NCBI GenBank assembly: GCA_964392065.1
Contig: CAYMOG010000003.1
Coordinates: forward strand, 22,268 to 46,267
Reading direction: 5' to 3'
DNA length: 24,000 bases
DNA from: an uncultured Oscillospiraceae bacterium
Lineage (GTDB): Bacteria; Bacillota; Clostridia; Saccharofermentanales; Fastidiosipilaceae
Part shown: one piece after another, positions 9,887-17,816 of the stretch
Numbering within the stretch: the first letter of the stretch is position 1
How the letters are laid out: each line of letters begins with the position of its first letter
Position numbers and translations under genes: made by a program
Notes under the pieces: generated by a model
What the model was told of the DNA's origin: nothing
The model's database searches: none
The model's input: only the letters and a program-made list of their open reading frames with translations

Positions 9887-10093
9887 TTAATCCTCAATTT
9901 CCGGTTTAATTATTTCTTTGGTTGCTTTTTCCAGTTTGCGTCTTGGGAGTCTTAGTTGATGGCCACACGTTTCACATCGCAGTACAACTTCTTGGCTAAC
10001 ACGTTGTACTTCCCAAACAAAACCTCCACACGGGTGCTTTTTTCGCATTTTAACGTGTTCTCCAACTTGATAAGGGTATAAATTAAAGTCCAT
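9887..10093 (-). CDS. DUF951 family small protein (HPCG...CxxCGH)
   Basis: 68 aa with ...VGEHVKMRKKHPCGG..WEV.RV...V.LRCETCGHQLRLPRRKLEK, the pattern I recognise as DUF951. AAGGAG RBS. Gaps of 1 nt and 3 nt to prmC and prfA. Confidence 0.78.
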   Translation of the reverse strand: MDFNLYPYQVGEHVKMRKKHPCGGFVWEVQRVSQEVVLRCETCGHQLRLPRRKLEKATKEIIKPEIED

Positions 10094-10094
10094 T

Positions 10095-11039
10095 TCACAC
10101 TCCTTCTTCTAGGATAAACATACTTACTCTAGGACGCTCACTTAAATCCTTATAATTTCCTATCCATTTCCAAGCACGAAAATCCTTACTTAGAGAGAAT
10201 AGTTGATCTGCTTGTTTGTAGCCATGTTCTATCAACATAGGAGTTTTCGTTGGAAGTACTTCTTGGCCTTCTTGAAGCATTCTTCGAATCAAATCCAAAC
10301 CCTCTGCTCCTGAAGCCAGAGCTAATTCAGGTTCATAACGCCCCAAATGGGATTTCTTAAATTCCTCGTCACTAAGATAAGGCGGGTTAGAAACCACAAG
10401 ATTATGCACTTTTGTCTCATAATACTCAGGCCATAAATCTTGCTGTTCGACGGAAATGAACGTATCTAATTGATGTAATTTAATATTCTTACGAGCCAAT
10501 TCTACTGCATCACCAGAAATATCTGTAGCTGTAATGTGAAATCTTTCAAACCCTTGGCTACGTAAGGATTCGGCCAAAGCAATACTTATGCAAGCTGTCC
10601 CTGTACATAGATCCAATATACAGATTTCTTCATTCTGTTTTACATTCGCAGTTAAAAATTCAAAAGCTTTTTCTACAAGAATTTCAGTATCTGGTCTAGG
10701 AATTAAAACATTTTCTCCTGTAAGAATTTTCAAGCCATTGAAATACGTATAACCTAGTATTCGCGCCATAGGTTCACCGGTAACTAAGCGTGATACACAA
10801 TGCTCTAGAGTTTTCAAAGTATCTTCCGAAAGATTTGTACTCCACAATTTATTTTTTGTGATACCTGTAATTTCTTCAAGCAAATACTCCAGATCAGATT
10901 TTGCCCAGAAGACATCTAAATCCTTATAGAATACACTCCTTTGTAGAGTAAGTGTATGCTTCTTAATCCATTCTAAACCCGTCACAGTAAATTTCCCAAT
11001 AAAAAAAGGATTGCCTGAAAAAGACAACCCTTGCTTCAT
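10095..11039 (-). CDS. prmC: Release factor glutamine N5-methyltransferase
   Basis: NPPY catalytic motif (VVSNPPYL). SAM-binding ILDLCTGTACI. The N-terminal helical domain is somewhat longer than usual. The RBS at the annotated ATG is weak. Confidence 0.88.
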   Translation of the reverse strand: MKQGLSFSGNPFFIGKFTVTGLEWIKKHTLTLQRSVFYKDLDVFWAKSDLEYLLEEITGITKNKLWSTNLSEDTLKTLEHCVSRLVTGEPMARILGYTYFNGLKILTGENVLIPRPDTEILVEKAFEFLTANVKQNEEICILDLCTGTACISIALAESLRSQGFERFHITATDISGDAVELARKNIKLHQLDTFISVEQQDLWPEYYETKVHNLVVSNPPYLSDEEFKKSHLGRYEPELALASGAEGLDLIRRMLQEGQEVLPTKTPMLIEHGYKQADQLFSLSKDFRAWKWIGNYKDLSERPRVSMFILEEGV

Positions 11040-11052
11040 TTTCTTATGAGAC

Positions 11053-11259
11053 CTAATTGCCTCTATTGTTTCTTCTTCTATTAAATTTATCTACACGACC
11101 ACCTGTGTCAATAAGCTTCTGTTTACCTGTATAGAACGGATGACATTTACTACAAATATCAATATTCATACTAGAAACTGTGGAACGTGTCTCAAATGTT
11201 TCTCCACAAGCACAACTTACTACACATTTCTTATACTCTGGATGTATTGCTTCTTTCAT
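11053..11259 (-). CDS. rpmE: 50S ribosomal protein L31 (zinc-binding type A)
   Basis: MKEAIHPEY...CACGETF...[13 protein letters not shown]. Four Cys are retained. AGGAGA RBS. Confidence 0.95.
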   Translation of the reverse strand: MKEAIHPEYKKCVVSCACGETFETRSTVSSMNIDICSKCHPFYTGKQKLIDTGGRVDKFNRRRNNRGN

Positions 11260-11334
11260 AATCTTTCTCTCCTAACAGAATTCTGACGCGTATGGTTTCA
11301 CCTACGTATGTCAGATCGGTTTATTAACTTAACT

Positions 11335-11364
11335 ATTATAACAAACTATTCATGTAATTGTCAA
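11335..11364 (-). promoter_or_regulatory. Near-consensus sigma-A-type promoter for rpmE-prmC-DUF951-prfA-tsaC
   Basis: The minus strand has TTGACA (11359-11364), an 18-nt spacer ending in TGT, and TATAAT (11335-11340). It lies immediately downstream of the rho stop codon. Confidence 0.55.
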
Positions 11365-11375
11365 TACTAAATAAT

Positions 11376-13196
11376 CTAATATGAATGCCTTAGATATTTT
11401 CCTCCACCATTCCCTACAGAGTTACCTCCTGAACCTAATCTATCAGAGCTATTCCCTATCTGATCAAGAACTTTTTGATCTTTTAACGACATGTTGAGCG
11501 ATTCAATTAAATGCTCATTATCATGCGTTTTTAATAAGAGATTGATGATTAGTTCCGTGACATTAGAAGTATCCAGTTGGCCAAAGGCCTTGCGCACACC
11601 CCATACCGCTTCTAATTCTTTTTCATTTAACAATTTATCTTCTCGTCTCGTGCTGGAACGATTAATATCAATAGCAGGGAAAATTCTTTTCTCGGATAAT
11701 TTTCGGTCTAATACGACTTCCATGTTACCGGTTCCTTTGAATTCTTCGAAAATAACTTCATCCATTCTGGAACCCGTTTCTACAAGGGCTGTAGCTACGA
11801 TTGTTAAGCTCCCACCATTTTCAATATTTCTTGCCGCACCGAAGAAGCGTTTCGGATGATGTAAGGCTCCTGGGTCTAGACCACCCGACAAAGTTCTTCC
11901 AGTAGGTGTAATCGTTAAGTTATAAGCTCTTGCCATGCGAGTCATTGAATCCAATAAAATAACTACATCTTGTCCCATTTCAACGAGACGTTTAGCTCTT
12001 TCAAGAACTAATTCGGTAATTTTCACGTGATTTTCCGGAGTTTTATCGAAAGTAGAATAAACAACTTCTCCATTAATACGTCTTTGCATATCTGTAACTT
12101 CTTCAGGTCTCTCATCAATAAGAAGAACAATTAATTTTGCAGCAGGATTATTAATTGAAATTGCGTTCGCTATTTTTTGCAAAAGAATCGTTTTACCGGC
12201 CTTGGGCGGAGAGACAATCATACCTCTCTGGCCCTTACCAATAGGGCTAAACAGATCAATAATTCTTGTAGATAATTCTCTTTTGTCCGTTTCTAATTTA
12301 AAACGCTCCTCCGCATAAATAGGTGTCAAACGATCAAAATGTGGTCTGTAGCCTATTTTATCGGGTTCTAATCCGTTAATTTCCGTAATATAACTAAGGG
12401 CATGGTAACGATCTTGTTCTCTTTTGTTTCGGACTGAGCCTTTAATATAGTCCCCTGCTCTCAAATTCATTCTACGAATCAATTGAGCAGAAATATAGAT
12501 ATCATTAGGCCCTTGAATATAATTTTCACTTCGCAAAAATCCATAACCATCAGGCATTAATTCCAAAACACCTTCTCGGGTCTCTAATACTTCATGCTCT
12601 TCTTTTTTCTTATTATTCTTAGAATCCTGTTCTTGTGGACTTTCTTCTTGTGTTTTGTCTTTATTTTTTTGATTATTCTTTGCTCTGGATCTTTTGCTAG
12701 CTCTAGGTCTAGCGCTAATATCATCGACTTGAATTGTCTCTTCCGATTGAACTGTTTTACTTGAGCTTATATCCTCTTTGGCTTTGGATTTTGTGTCGTC
12801 AGATGTTACATTATCTTTTCCAGTCTCAGCTGTTTCTTTATGAGTGGACTCATCTTGCTCTTCAGATGGCTTTATGTCGGACTTCTTCCGTCGACCTCTC
12901 TTGTTTTTCCTAGTCGTTTTTTCTTCAGATGTTGAATTTTGGGTTTCTACTAAAGGATCCACTTTTTCCAAACGCGGTTCAGAGACTGAAGAATCTTCTA
13001 CTTTATTTTCTCTAACCTTGGAAAGAGCAGGAGTTTCTTCTGCAGGATTATTATCCTTGCTCATTTTTTCATTTAAAAAATTCGCAAGATCTGCCTTGCG
13101 CATACGCTGTGCTTGACCCACAGGTAAAATACCTGAAACCCGCACAATTTGAATTAAATCAGCTTTTGACTTAGACGCAAAAATATTATCTGCCAT
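11376..13196 (-). CDS. rho: Transcription termination factor Rho with a large N-terminal insertion
   Basis: Rho_N-like start (...KADLIQIV...RKADLANFL). Cold-shock-like RNA-binding segment [14 protein letters not shown]. Walker A PPKAGKT and a RecA-like core ([22 protein letters not shown]). About 160 aa of K/E/S/D-rich sequence sits between the N-terminal helix bundle and the RNA-binding domain. Confidence 0.96.
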   Translation of the reverse strand: MADNIFASKSKADLIQIVRVSGILPVGQAQRMRKADLANFLNEKMSKDNNPAEETPALSKVRENKVEDSSVSEPRLEKVDPLVETQNSTSEEKTTRKNKRGRRKKSDIKPSEEQDESTHKETAETGKDNVTSDDTKSKAKEDISSSKTVQSEETIQVDDISARPRASKRSRAKNNQKNKDKTQEESPQEQDSKNNKKKEEHEVLETREGVLELMPDGYGFLRSENYIQGPNDIYISAQLIRRMNLRAGDYIKGSVRNKREQDRYHALSYITEINGLEPDKIGYRPHFDRLTPIYAEERFKLETDKRELSTRIIDLFSPIGKGQRGMIVSPPKAGKTILLQKIANAISINNPAAKLIVLLIDERPEEVTDMQRRINGEVVYSTFDKTPENHVKITELVLERAKRLVEMGQDVVILLDSMTRMARAYNLTITPTGRTLSGGLDPGALHHPKRFFGAARNIENGGSLTIVATALVETGSRMDEVIFEEFKGTGNMEVVLDRKLSEKRIFPAIDINRSSTRREDKLLNEKELEAVWGVRKAFGQLDTSNVTELIINLLLKTHDNEHLIESLNMSLKDQKVLDQIGNSSDRLGSGGNSVGNGGGKYLRHSY

Positions 13197-13308
13197 GTGT
13201 ACCCCTTAAAGGAAATTAACTCATCGTCTAGCGATGGCTTGTGAAATTCTGTAAAAAATAAGAAGAGATAAATAAAAACTTGTAGCCATTAATTCTCTAT
13301 CAGCTACA

Positions 13309-13317
13309 TTCTATCAA
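13309..13317 (-). promoter_or_regulatory. Candidate extended -10 (TGaTAGAAT) for rho
   Basis: The minus strand reads ...CTTTGATAGAATGTAGC... and there is no good -35. This would give a leader of about 100 nt. The same TGATAGAAT nonamer occurs in the tRNA-Thr promoter. Confidence 0.3.
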
Positions 13318-13421
13318 AGATATGAAAAAAAGATAGTCCCTTACTCTATTTTTTCCTTAACTTTAGTTAATAGGAGAAAAGCTTTATAATAAACACTATG
13401 AAGTCATGAGGGAGGTTTATT

Positions 13422-14255
13422 ATGTTTAAGATATTAGCAGCGTTACTAATGCTTATTGATCATTTTGTGTACATCTTCCAAGAAAACTTCACCCCCGAAC
13501 ACTACCTAATAGGTAGAAGCATCGGAAGACTAGCTTTTCCCATGTTTGCATATGCTTTGGCCAGAGGATACAATCGCACATCCAATGTATTTAGATATTT
13601 TCTACGCTTGGCATGTTTTGCCCTTCTAACTCAGCTTCTCTTCAACCAAACAACTTCAGCACTACAATATGCAAGATTTAATTTTTATAATGTTCTAATC
13701 ACCTTTACCCTAGCCTTTGCTATTCTAATCGGCATGGATCTAATCGAAAACTCAAGCTTAGATATGATGATTAATTTGAGACCCTTAACGAGTGAAGGAG
13801 AAATTACAAAGCGTTTTAGTCCCGGTGGTATTACACTCCCTCGTAATATAGGTATAGTTCTCGGAATTCTAGTAATTCTACTATCCATTATCGTTTGTAT
13901 AGCGCTAGACCCCGATTATTCCCTCTATGGCATCGTTACCGTAGTCATATTCCAACGCATAGATCGCATTGAAGAACCATATAAAAGCACATTGCGTAAG
14001 GATCTCAAACGTCGAAGATGGCTATTTTGCTTCATCGCCTTCGCTTTACTTAACCTTTCTTATGCATTGGCTTTGGTATCCACCTACGGAAATCAATATT
14101 CTTCATGGATACAGGCAATATCAACAGGTGCTGTCGTTTTCTTTCCCATATACGAAAGTAGCAAGAAGCCCAAACAATGGGAGAAGTATTTTTTCTATAG
14201 TTTCTATCCAATCCACTTTGTACTTTTACTATACTTAAGATCCATTATCCTCTAA
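13422..14255 (+). CDS. TraX family membrane protein
   Basis: FKILAALLMLIDH...IGRLAFPMFAYALARGY is the TraX-family N-terminal signature. Multiple hydrophobic helices. GGGAGG RBS 8 nt upstream of the ATG. Confidence 0.85.
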   Translation: MFKILAALLMLIDHFVYIFQENFTPEHYLIGRSIGRLAFPMFAYALARGYNRTSNVFRYFLRLACFALLTQLLFNQTTSALQYARFNFYNVLITFTLAFAILIGMDLIENSSLDMMINLRPLTSEGEITKRFSPGGITLPRNIGIVLGILVILLSIIVCIALDPDYSLYGIVTVVIFQRIDRIEEPYKSTLRKDLKRRRWLFCFIAFALLNLSYALALVSTYGNQYSSWIQAISTGAVVFFPIYESSKKPKQWEKYFFYSFYPIHFVLLLYLRSIIL

Positions 14256-14256
14256 A

Positions 14257-14886
14257 TTATTCAAGTACTCCTGTAGGATCTAGGGATGAGCCCATAAGCT
14301 TGTCATCTTCCGTTAGCATACGAACAACTCGGCAGGGCATGCCCATGGCCAAAGCCCCCGCAGGTATGTCTCTTGTAACCACCGATCCCGCTGCAATAAT
14401 CGCACCTTGGCCTATAGTAACCCCTCCCTGAATAACAACATTACTTGCAATCCATACATCGTCTTCTATAACAATCGGCTTGGCATACTCAAATAAACTC
14501 CGCGTACCATCTTGATTTGTCCTTATGCTCCTTTCTTCAGAAAGAAGCGGATGAATCGGCGTAGCAATCGTGCAGTTAGGGCCAATCAAAACACGGTTTC
14601 CTATATGAACTGTAGCACAATCTAAAACAACGAGATTAAAATTACTACTGAAATCATCTCCGATAAATGTATTTTTCCCATAATCAAAAGAAGTATTTAA
14701 TATATAAACACCTTTACCATAGGAACCTAGCAACTGATCGTATATCTCTTCTCGAGCTATGTTGTCATTTGCATCGATCTTTTGTAACTTGTCTTGTAAA
14801 GTACGGCAATTTTGTCTAAGCTGCATCAATTCTTCATCATACGCATCATAGAGTATGCCCGATAACATTTTTTCTTTTTCTGTCAT
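14257..14886 (-). CDS. maa: Maltose/galactoside O-acetyltransferase family (hexapeptide-repeat) enzyme
   Basis: N-terminal Mac domain (EKEKMLSGILYDA...L...R). Left-handed beta-helix repeats (IGNRVLIGPNCTI...VWIASNVVIQGGVTIGQGAIIAAGSVV). GAGGAG RBS. ATGA overlap with the upstream gene. Confidence 0.85.
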   Translation of the reverse strand: MTEKEKMLSGILYDAYDEELMQLRQNCRTLQDKLQKIDANDNIAREEIYDQLLGSYGKGVYILNTSFDYGKNTFIGDDFSSNFNLVVLDCATVHIGNRVLIGPNCTIATPIHPLLSEERSIRTNQDGTRSLFEYAKPIVIEDDVWIASNVVIQGGVTIGQGAIIAAGSVVTRDIPAGALAMGMPCRVVRMLTEDDKLMGSSLDPTGVLE

Positions 14887-15653
14887 AATTTATCTCCTCT
14901 AGTAAAAATCTTTGTATAAATTAGATGATGATCCGAAAGATATAGATTGTCTGTTGAGGAAGTCCATATTCCGACTTCTTGAGATTCAATATCTCCTGAT
15001 GCGAAGATATAATCAATCTTATGACCATCAGTATACTTGCCAAAATTATGAAAAGTATTCTCAATACCTGCAGTTAAGTCGCTTAATTCTAATTTTTCTG
15101 TCAAATATTTTATTTCCTGTGATTCAGGAAAGGCATTGAAGTCACCTAGAATAATATAGGGAGCATCAGGATATAATTTTCTTGCGTTAACTTTTTTAAT
15201 AATTTGTTTGATACCATTCAATCTTGCACTTTGGCTCACATGATCCAGATGTGTATTAAATACATAGAAAGTATTTAAACTTTCTAAATCATGAAGCAAG
15301 ACATAATTACAAATTCTAGGACAAATACTCTGGAAAAGAAAACGTGAACCTGGGCGATAAGGTGTGGAAGATAACCAAAAACTCCCCATTTCCAGTAAAT
15401 TAAATCGCGACTTCTTAAAAGCTATAGGATTCCCTTCATCCATTAGCATCTTATTTCTACCTGATCCAACGAAAATATAGGAATCTAACGTATCTTGAAG
15501 CCAAGCCCTAGTAGCAGGTTCAACTTCTTGAAATCCAATAACATCGGGTGCGTTATCGCGTAAAACTTCTGATATTTGCTCTTTACGATTCGCTAAGCTA
15601 TGTATCCCATCTTTGGATTCATCATACCTAATATTAAAACTTGCAACAATCAT
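14883..15653 (-). CDS. Endonuclease/exonuclease/phosphatase (EEP) family protein
   Basis: SFNIRY..., GFQEV, NTHLDH, LGDFN and SDHHLI motifs occur in canonical EEP order. 256 aa. Confidence 0.85.
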   Translation of the reverse strand: MIVASFNIRYDESKDGIHSLANRKEQISEVLRDNAPDVIGFQEVEPATRAWLQDTLDSYIFVGSGRNKMLMDEGNPIAFKKSRFNLLEMGSFWLSSTPYRPGSRFLFQSICPRICNYVLLHDLESLNTFYVFNTHLDHVSQSARLNGIKQIIKKVNARKLYPDAPYIILGDFNAFPESQEIKYLTEKLELSDLTAGIENTFHNFGKYTDGHKIDYIFASGDIESQEVGIWTSSTDNLYLSDHHLIYTKIFTRGDKL

Positions 15654-15744
15654 CTAATCCCTACATTCTCTTTCACTGTATATTTTATAACCTTCAATAA
15701 AGACATTTACATTTACTTAATTGAAATGTCCAAACGATTTTCAA

Positions 15745-15780
15745 CAAACAAAAAGCTCTGAACCTCAATAGATTCAGAGC
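15745..15780 (-). terminator. Rho-independent terminator after tRNA-Thr
   Basis: The minus strand has GCTCTGAA, a 10-nt loop and TTCAGAGC (a perfect 8 bp), followed by TTTTTGTTTGTT. It starts 7 nt after the tRNA 3' end. Confidence 0.7.
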
Positions 15781-15786
15781 TAAACG

Positions 15787-15862
15787 TGGAGCTTGCAGAC
15801 GGACTCGAACCCCCGACCTGCTGATTACAAATCAGCTGCTCTACCAACTGAGCTATGCAAGC
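15787..15862 (-). tRNA. tRNA-Thr (anticodon UGU), CCA encoded
   Basis: The manual cloverleaf gives acceptor GCTTGCA/TGCAAGC, D arm GCTC-AGTTGGTA-GAGC and anticodon arm GCTGA-TTTGTAA-TCAGC. The variable loop is AGGTC, the T arm is GGGGG-TTCGAGT-CCGTC, and the discriminator is T followed by CCA. The T stem has one G.U pair and one G-G mismatch. Confidence 0.88.
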
Positions 15863-15880
15863 ATTTTTCCAGCGCCATTT

Positions 15881-15908
15881 ATTCTATCATAGTTACATTA
15901 CATGTCAA
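15881..15908 (-). promoter_or_regulatory. Sigma-A-type promoter for tRNA-Thr
   Basis: The minus strand has TTGACA (15903-15908), a 16-nt spacer ending in TGA (extended -10), and TAGAAT (15881-15886). It sits about 19 nt upstream of the mature tRNA 5' end. Confidence 0.6.
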
Positions 15909-16089
15909 TATTTATTTTTAAATTTTCATACGAAGTAGAGTTATAAAATAACGTAAAACAGAAAGGCGCTCCACCATCCTATACATGTGAGTGGCAAAAC
16001 AAGCATTGAAGGATTAGCATTAAGTCACTTCCACTTATATTGTTGAAGGAAACGCCCAGCAGAAAAACACTTAAATGCAATTCTCACAG

Positions 16090-16191
16090 CTATTCTAAAT
16101 CATTACCACAATACGAACACGTTCTTATACCTATACTCCCATGGAAAGGAAGGCTGGATTTACAATTAGGGCACCGCCAAAGAACTAACAT
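16090..16191 (-). CDS. Possible small zinc-ribbon peptide (33 aa from the ATG, 36 aa from TTG at 16200), or the 3' remnant of a decayed gene of about 72 aa
   Basis: The minus-strand ORF is MLVLWRCPNCKSSLPFHGSIGIRTCSYCGNDLE with paired CxxC motifs. AGGA lies 9 nt upstream of the ATG. The frame is open for 75 codons (to 16317) but has no earlier canonical start. It is below the ORF-track size cutoff. Confidence 0.25.
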   Translation of the reverse strand: MLVLWRCPNCKSSLPFHGSIGIRTCSYCGNDLE

Positions 16192-16327
16192 TAAAACCAA
16201 TCCTAAAACACTAATAACTAGCCAATGCTCCCTATAATTGAAGTAAGTAAATCTGATACAAAAATTGAAATGATAAGAAAAACTAAACCTACAAAAATAA
16301 CCGCATACAAGTAGAACTTAGTCTTAC

Positions 16328-17719
16328 TTAACAAAATTTATCCAGATTTCCCAATTCATTTAATTCGTCTTCAGCTAGTACACCATCCTCCAAAATCAAT
16401 TTACGCAGAGGAATTCCAGTTGCAATAGATTTTTTCGCGAGGCTTGTTCCCTTCTGATAGCCAATTACAGGTGCCAATACCGTAGCTAAATAAGTGGAAT
16501 TTTCTAAATCTTTCTCTAGAACATCAAGATTTGCAGTTATGCCAGAAATACATTGGTCTGCGAAAATCGAAATGATATTCGTCATGGTATCTATAGACTC
16601 AAAAATATTGTAGAATAGCACAGGTTCAAATGCATTGAGCTCAAGTTGTCCGTTAGAAGCAGCTAAAGTTATCGTTACATCATTTCCCATCACGTTAAAT
16701 GCAACTTGATTTACCGCTTCTGGAATAACAGGATTCACCTTGCCTGGCATAATTGAGGATCCGCTTTGTACTGCAGGTAAATTTATTTCACCTAAACCGC
16801 CTTTAGGTCCACTGGACATAAGTCTTAAGTCGTTAGCACATTTATTGAGCGTAACGGCTATACTCTTCAAGGCAGCAGAAATCCCAATAAAATCATCTAA
16901 ATTTTGGGTTGCATCCATTAGGTTCTTTGCTTGACTTAATTCAATACCACAGACTTGAGAGAGTTCTTTTACTACATTAAGTCGAAATGCTTCAGGAGCA
17001 TTAATTCCAGTCCCTATAGCCGTTCCACCAAGATTTACTACATATAAGCTCTTCTCAGCTTCTCTAGTCTTCTTGATATCTCTTCTAAGAGCAGACGCAA
17101 TACTACTAAATGTTTGCCCAAGTCGCATCGGTACTGCATCTTGTAATTGTGTCCTCGCAAGTTTATATGTTGTATGGAATTCTTCTGCCTTGCGATCTAG
17201 AACTTGAATTAGATGATCAAGTACATCAATAAGTGGTTTCATTAATTCTATAACGGCTAATCTTCCTGCTGTAGGGAATACATCATTAGTTGACTGACTT
17301 CGATTTACATGGTCATTGGGATGCACCAAGGCATAATCACCCTTCGTACCCCCAAGGATTTCTATAGCACGATTTGCAATAACTTCATTTGCATTCATGT
17401 TTGCAGAAGTACCTGCACCTCCCTGAATCGCATCTACAATAAACTCACTTTGCCAGTATCCATTTAATATCTCATCACAAGCAGCGATAATAGCTCTCCC
17501 TAGTTTAGGGTCTAGCTCTCCTACTTGAATATTCGTTCTTGCACAAGCCTTTTTAACTCTAGCCAAATTTGCGACTAAGGCAGGATGAATAGTCTGATGC
17601 GTGATAGGAAAATTAAGTGATGCTCTTAAACTCTGAACTCCATAATAAGCGTGAGACTTAACAGGTAGTTCTCCAACTGAGTCTGATTCAATACGAAAAC
17701 CGTTATCTTCATTAGCCAT
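16328..17719 (-). CDS. aspA: Aspartate ammonia-lyase (fumarase/aspartase superfamily)
   Basis: Fumarate-lyase signature GSSIMPGKVNP. QGGAGTSANMNANEVIANRAIE matches the aspartase GGAGTS form rather than the fumarase GSGTQ form. 463 aa. Confidence 0.82.
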   Translation of the reverse strand: MANEDNGFRIESDSVGELPVKSHAYYGVQSLRASLNFPITHQTIHPALVANLARVKKACARTNIQVGELDPKLGRAIIAACDEILNGYWQSEFIVDAIQGGAGTSANMNANEVIANRAIEILGGTKGDYALVHPNDHVNRSQSTNDVFPTAGRLAVIELMKPLIDVLDHLIQVLDRKAEEFHTTYKLARTQLQDAVPMRLGQTFSSIASALRRDIKKTREAEKSLYVVNLGGTAIGTGINAPEAFRLNVVKELSQVCGIELSQAKNLMDATQNLDDFIGISAALKSIAVTLNKCANDLRLMSSGPKGGLGEINLPAVQSGSSIMPGKVNPVIPEAVNQVAFNVMGNDVTITLAASNGQLELNAFEPVLFYNIFESIDTMTNIISIFADQCISGITANLDVLEKDLENSTYLATVLAPVIGYQKGTSLAKKSIATGIPLRKLILEDGVLAEDELNELGNLDKFC

Positions 17720-17756
17720 AGTGAAAACCTTCTCTAATTATCTTGTAAATAAATAT

Positions 17757-17795
17757 AACATGCAAAGGTAAGGGTGACCATAGCCTTTGCATGTT
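17757..17795 (-). terminator. Strong hairpin after the DUF1858 gene; probable terminator
   Basis: AACATGCAAAGG (17757-17768) and CCTTTGCATGTT (17784-17795) form a perfect 12 bp with a 15-nt loop. On the minus strand the stem is followed by ATATTTATTTA, which is T-rich but not a clean U-tract. Confidence 0.55.
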
Positions 17796-17816
17796 AAATA
17801 AAATAATCTGTCATTA

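Noticed and set aside
11282-11315. Hairpin between rho and rpmE considered as the rho terminator
   Set aside because: It lies downstream of the near-consensus rpmE promoter and has no U-tract, so it is more likely part of the rpmE leader. It is reported as a low-interest finding instead.
13281-13310. Weak stem (TGTAGC...GCTACA, 16-nt loop) followed by a T-rich tract in the rho leader, considered as an attenuator
   Set aside because: It has only 6 bp and a large loop. This is too weak to call from sequence alone, and rho autoregulation is usually Rho-dependent rather than hairpin-dependent.
13422-15862. Possible genomic islet (TraX, Maa acetyltransferase, EEP phosphoesterase) inserted next to tRNA-Thr
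   Set aside because: There is no integrase and no copy of the tRNA 3' end (…GTCCGTCTGCAAGC) in the rho-TraX spacer that could serve as an att direct repeat. There are no mobility genes. TraX-family genes are common chromosomal genes in Bacillota. The maa/EEP pair is coupled through an ATGA overlap but looks like ordinary accessory metabolism.
15787-15862. tRNA-Thr might be a pseudo-tRNA because of a G-G mismatch (plus a G.U pair) in the T stem
   Set aside because: The acceptor, D and anticodon stems are perfect. The T-loop (TTCGAGT) and the G53-C61 pair are canonical. CCA is encoded, and the gene has a good promoter and terminator. A single internal T-stem mismatch is tolerated in genuine tRNAs.
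16040-16237. 65-aa plus-strand ORF in the aspA/tRNA spacer
   Set aside because: There is no RBS, and the composition is basic, proline-rich and not protein-like. It lies antisense to the more plausible minus-strand zinc-ribbon frame, so it is treated as a shadow ORF.
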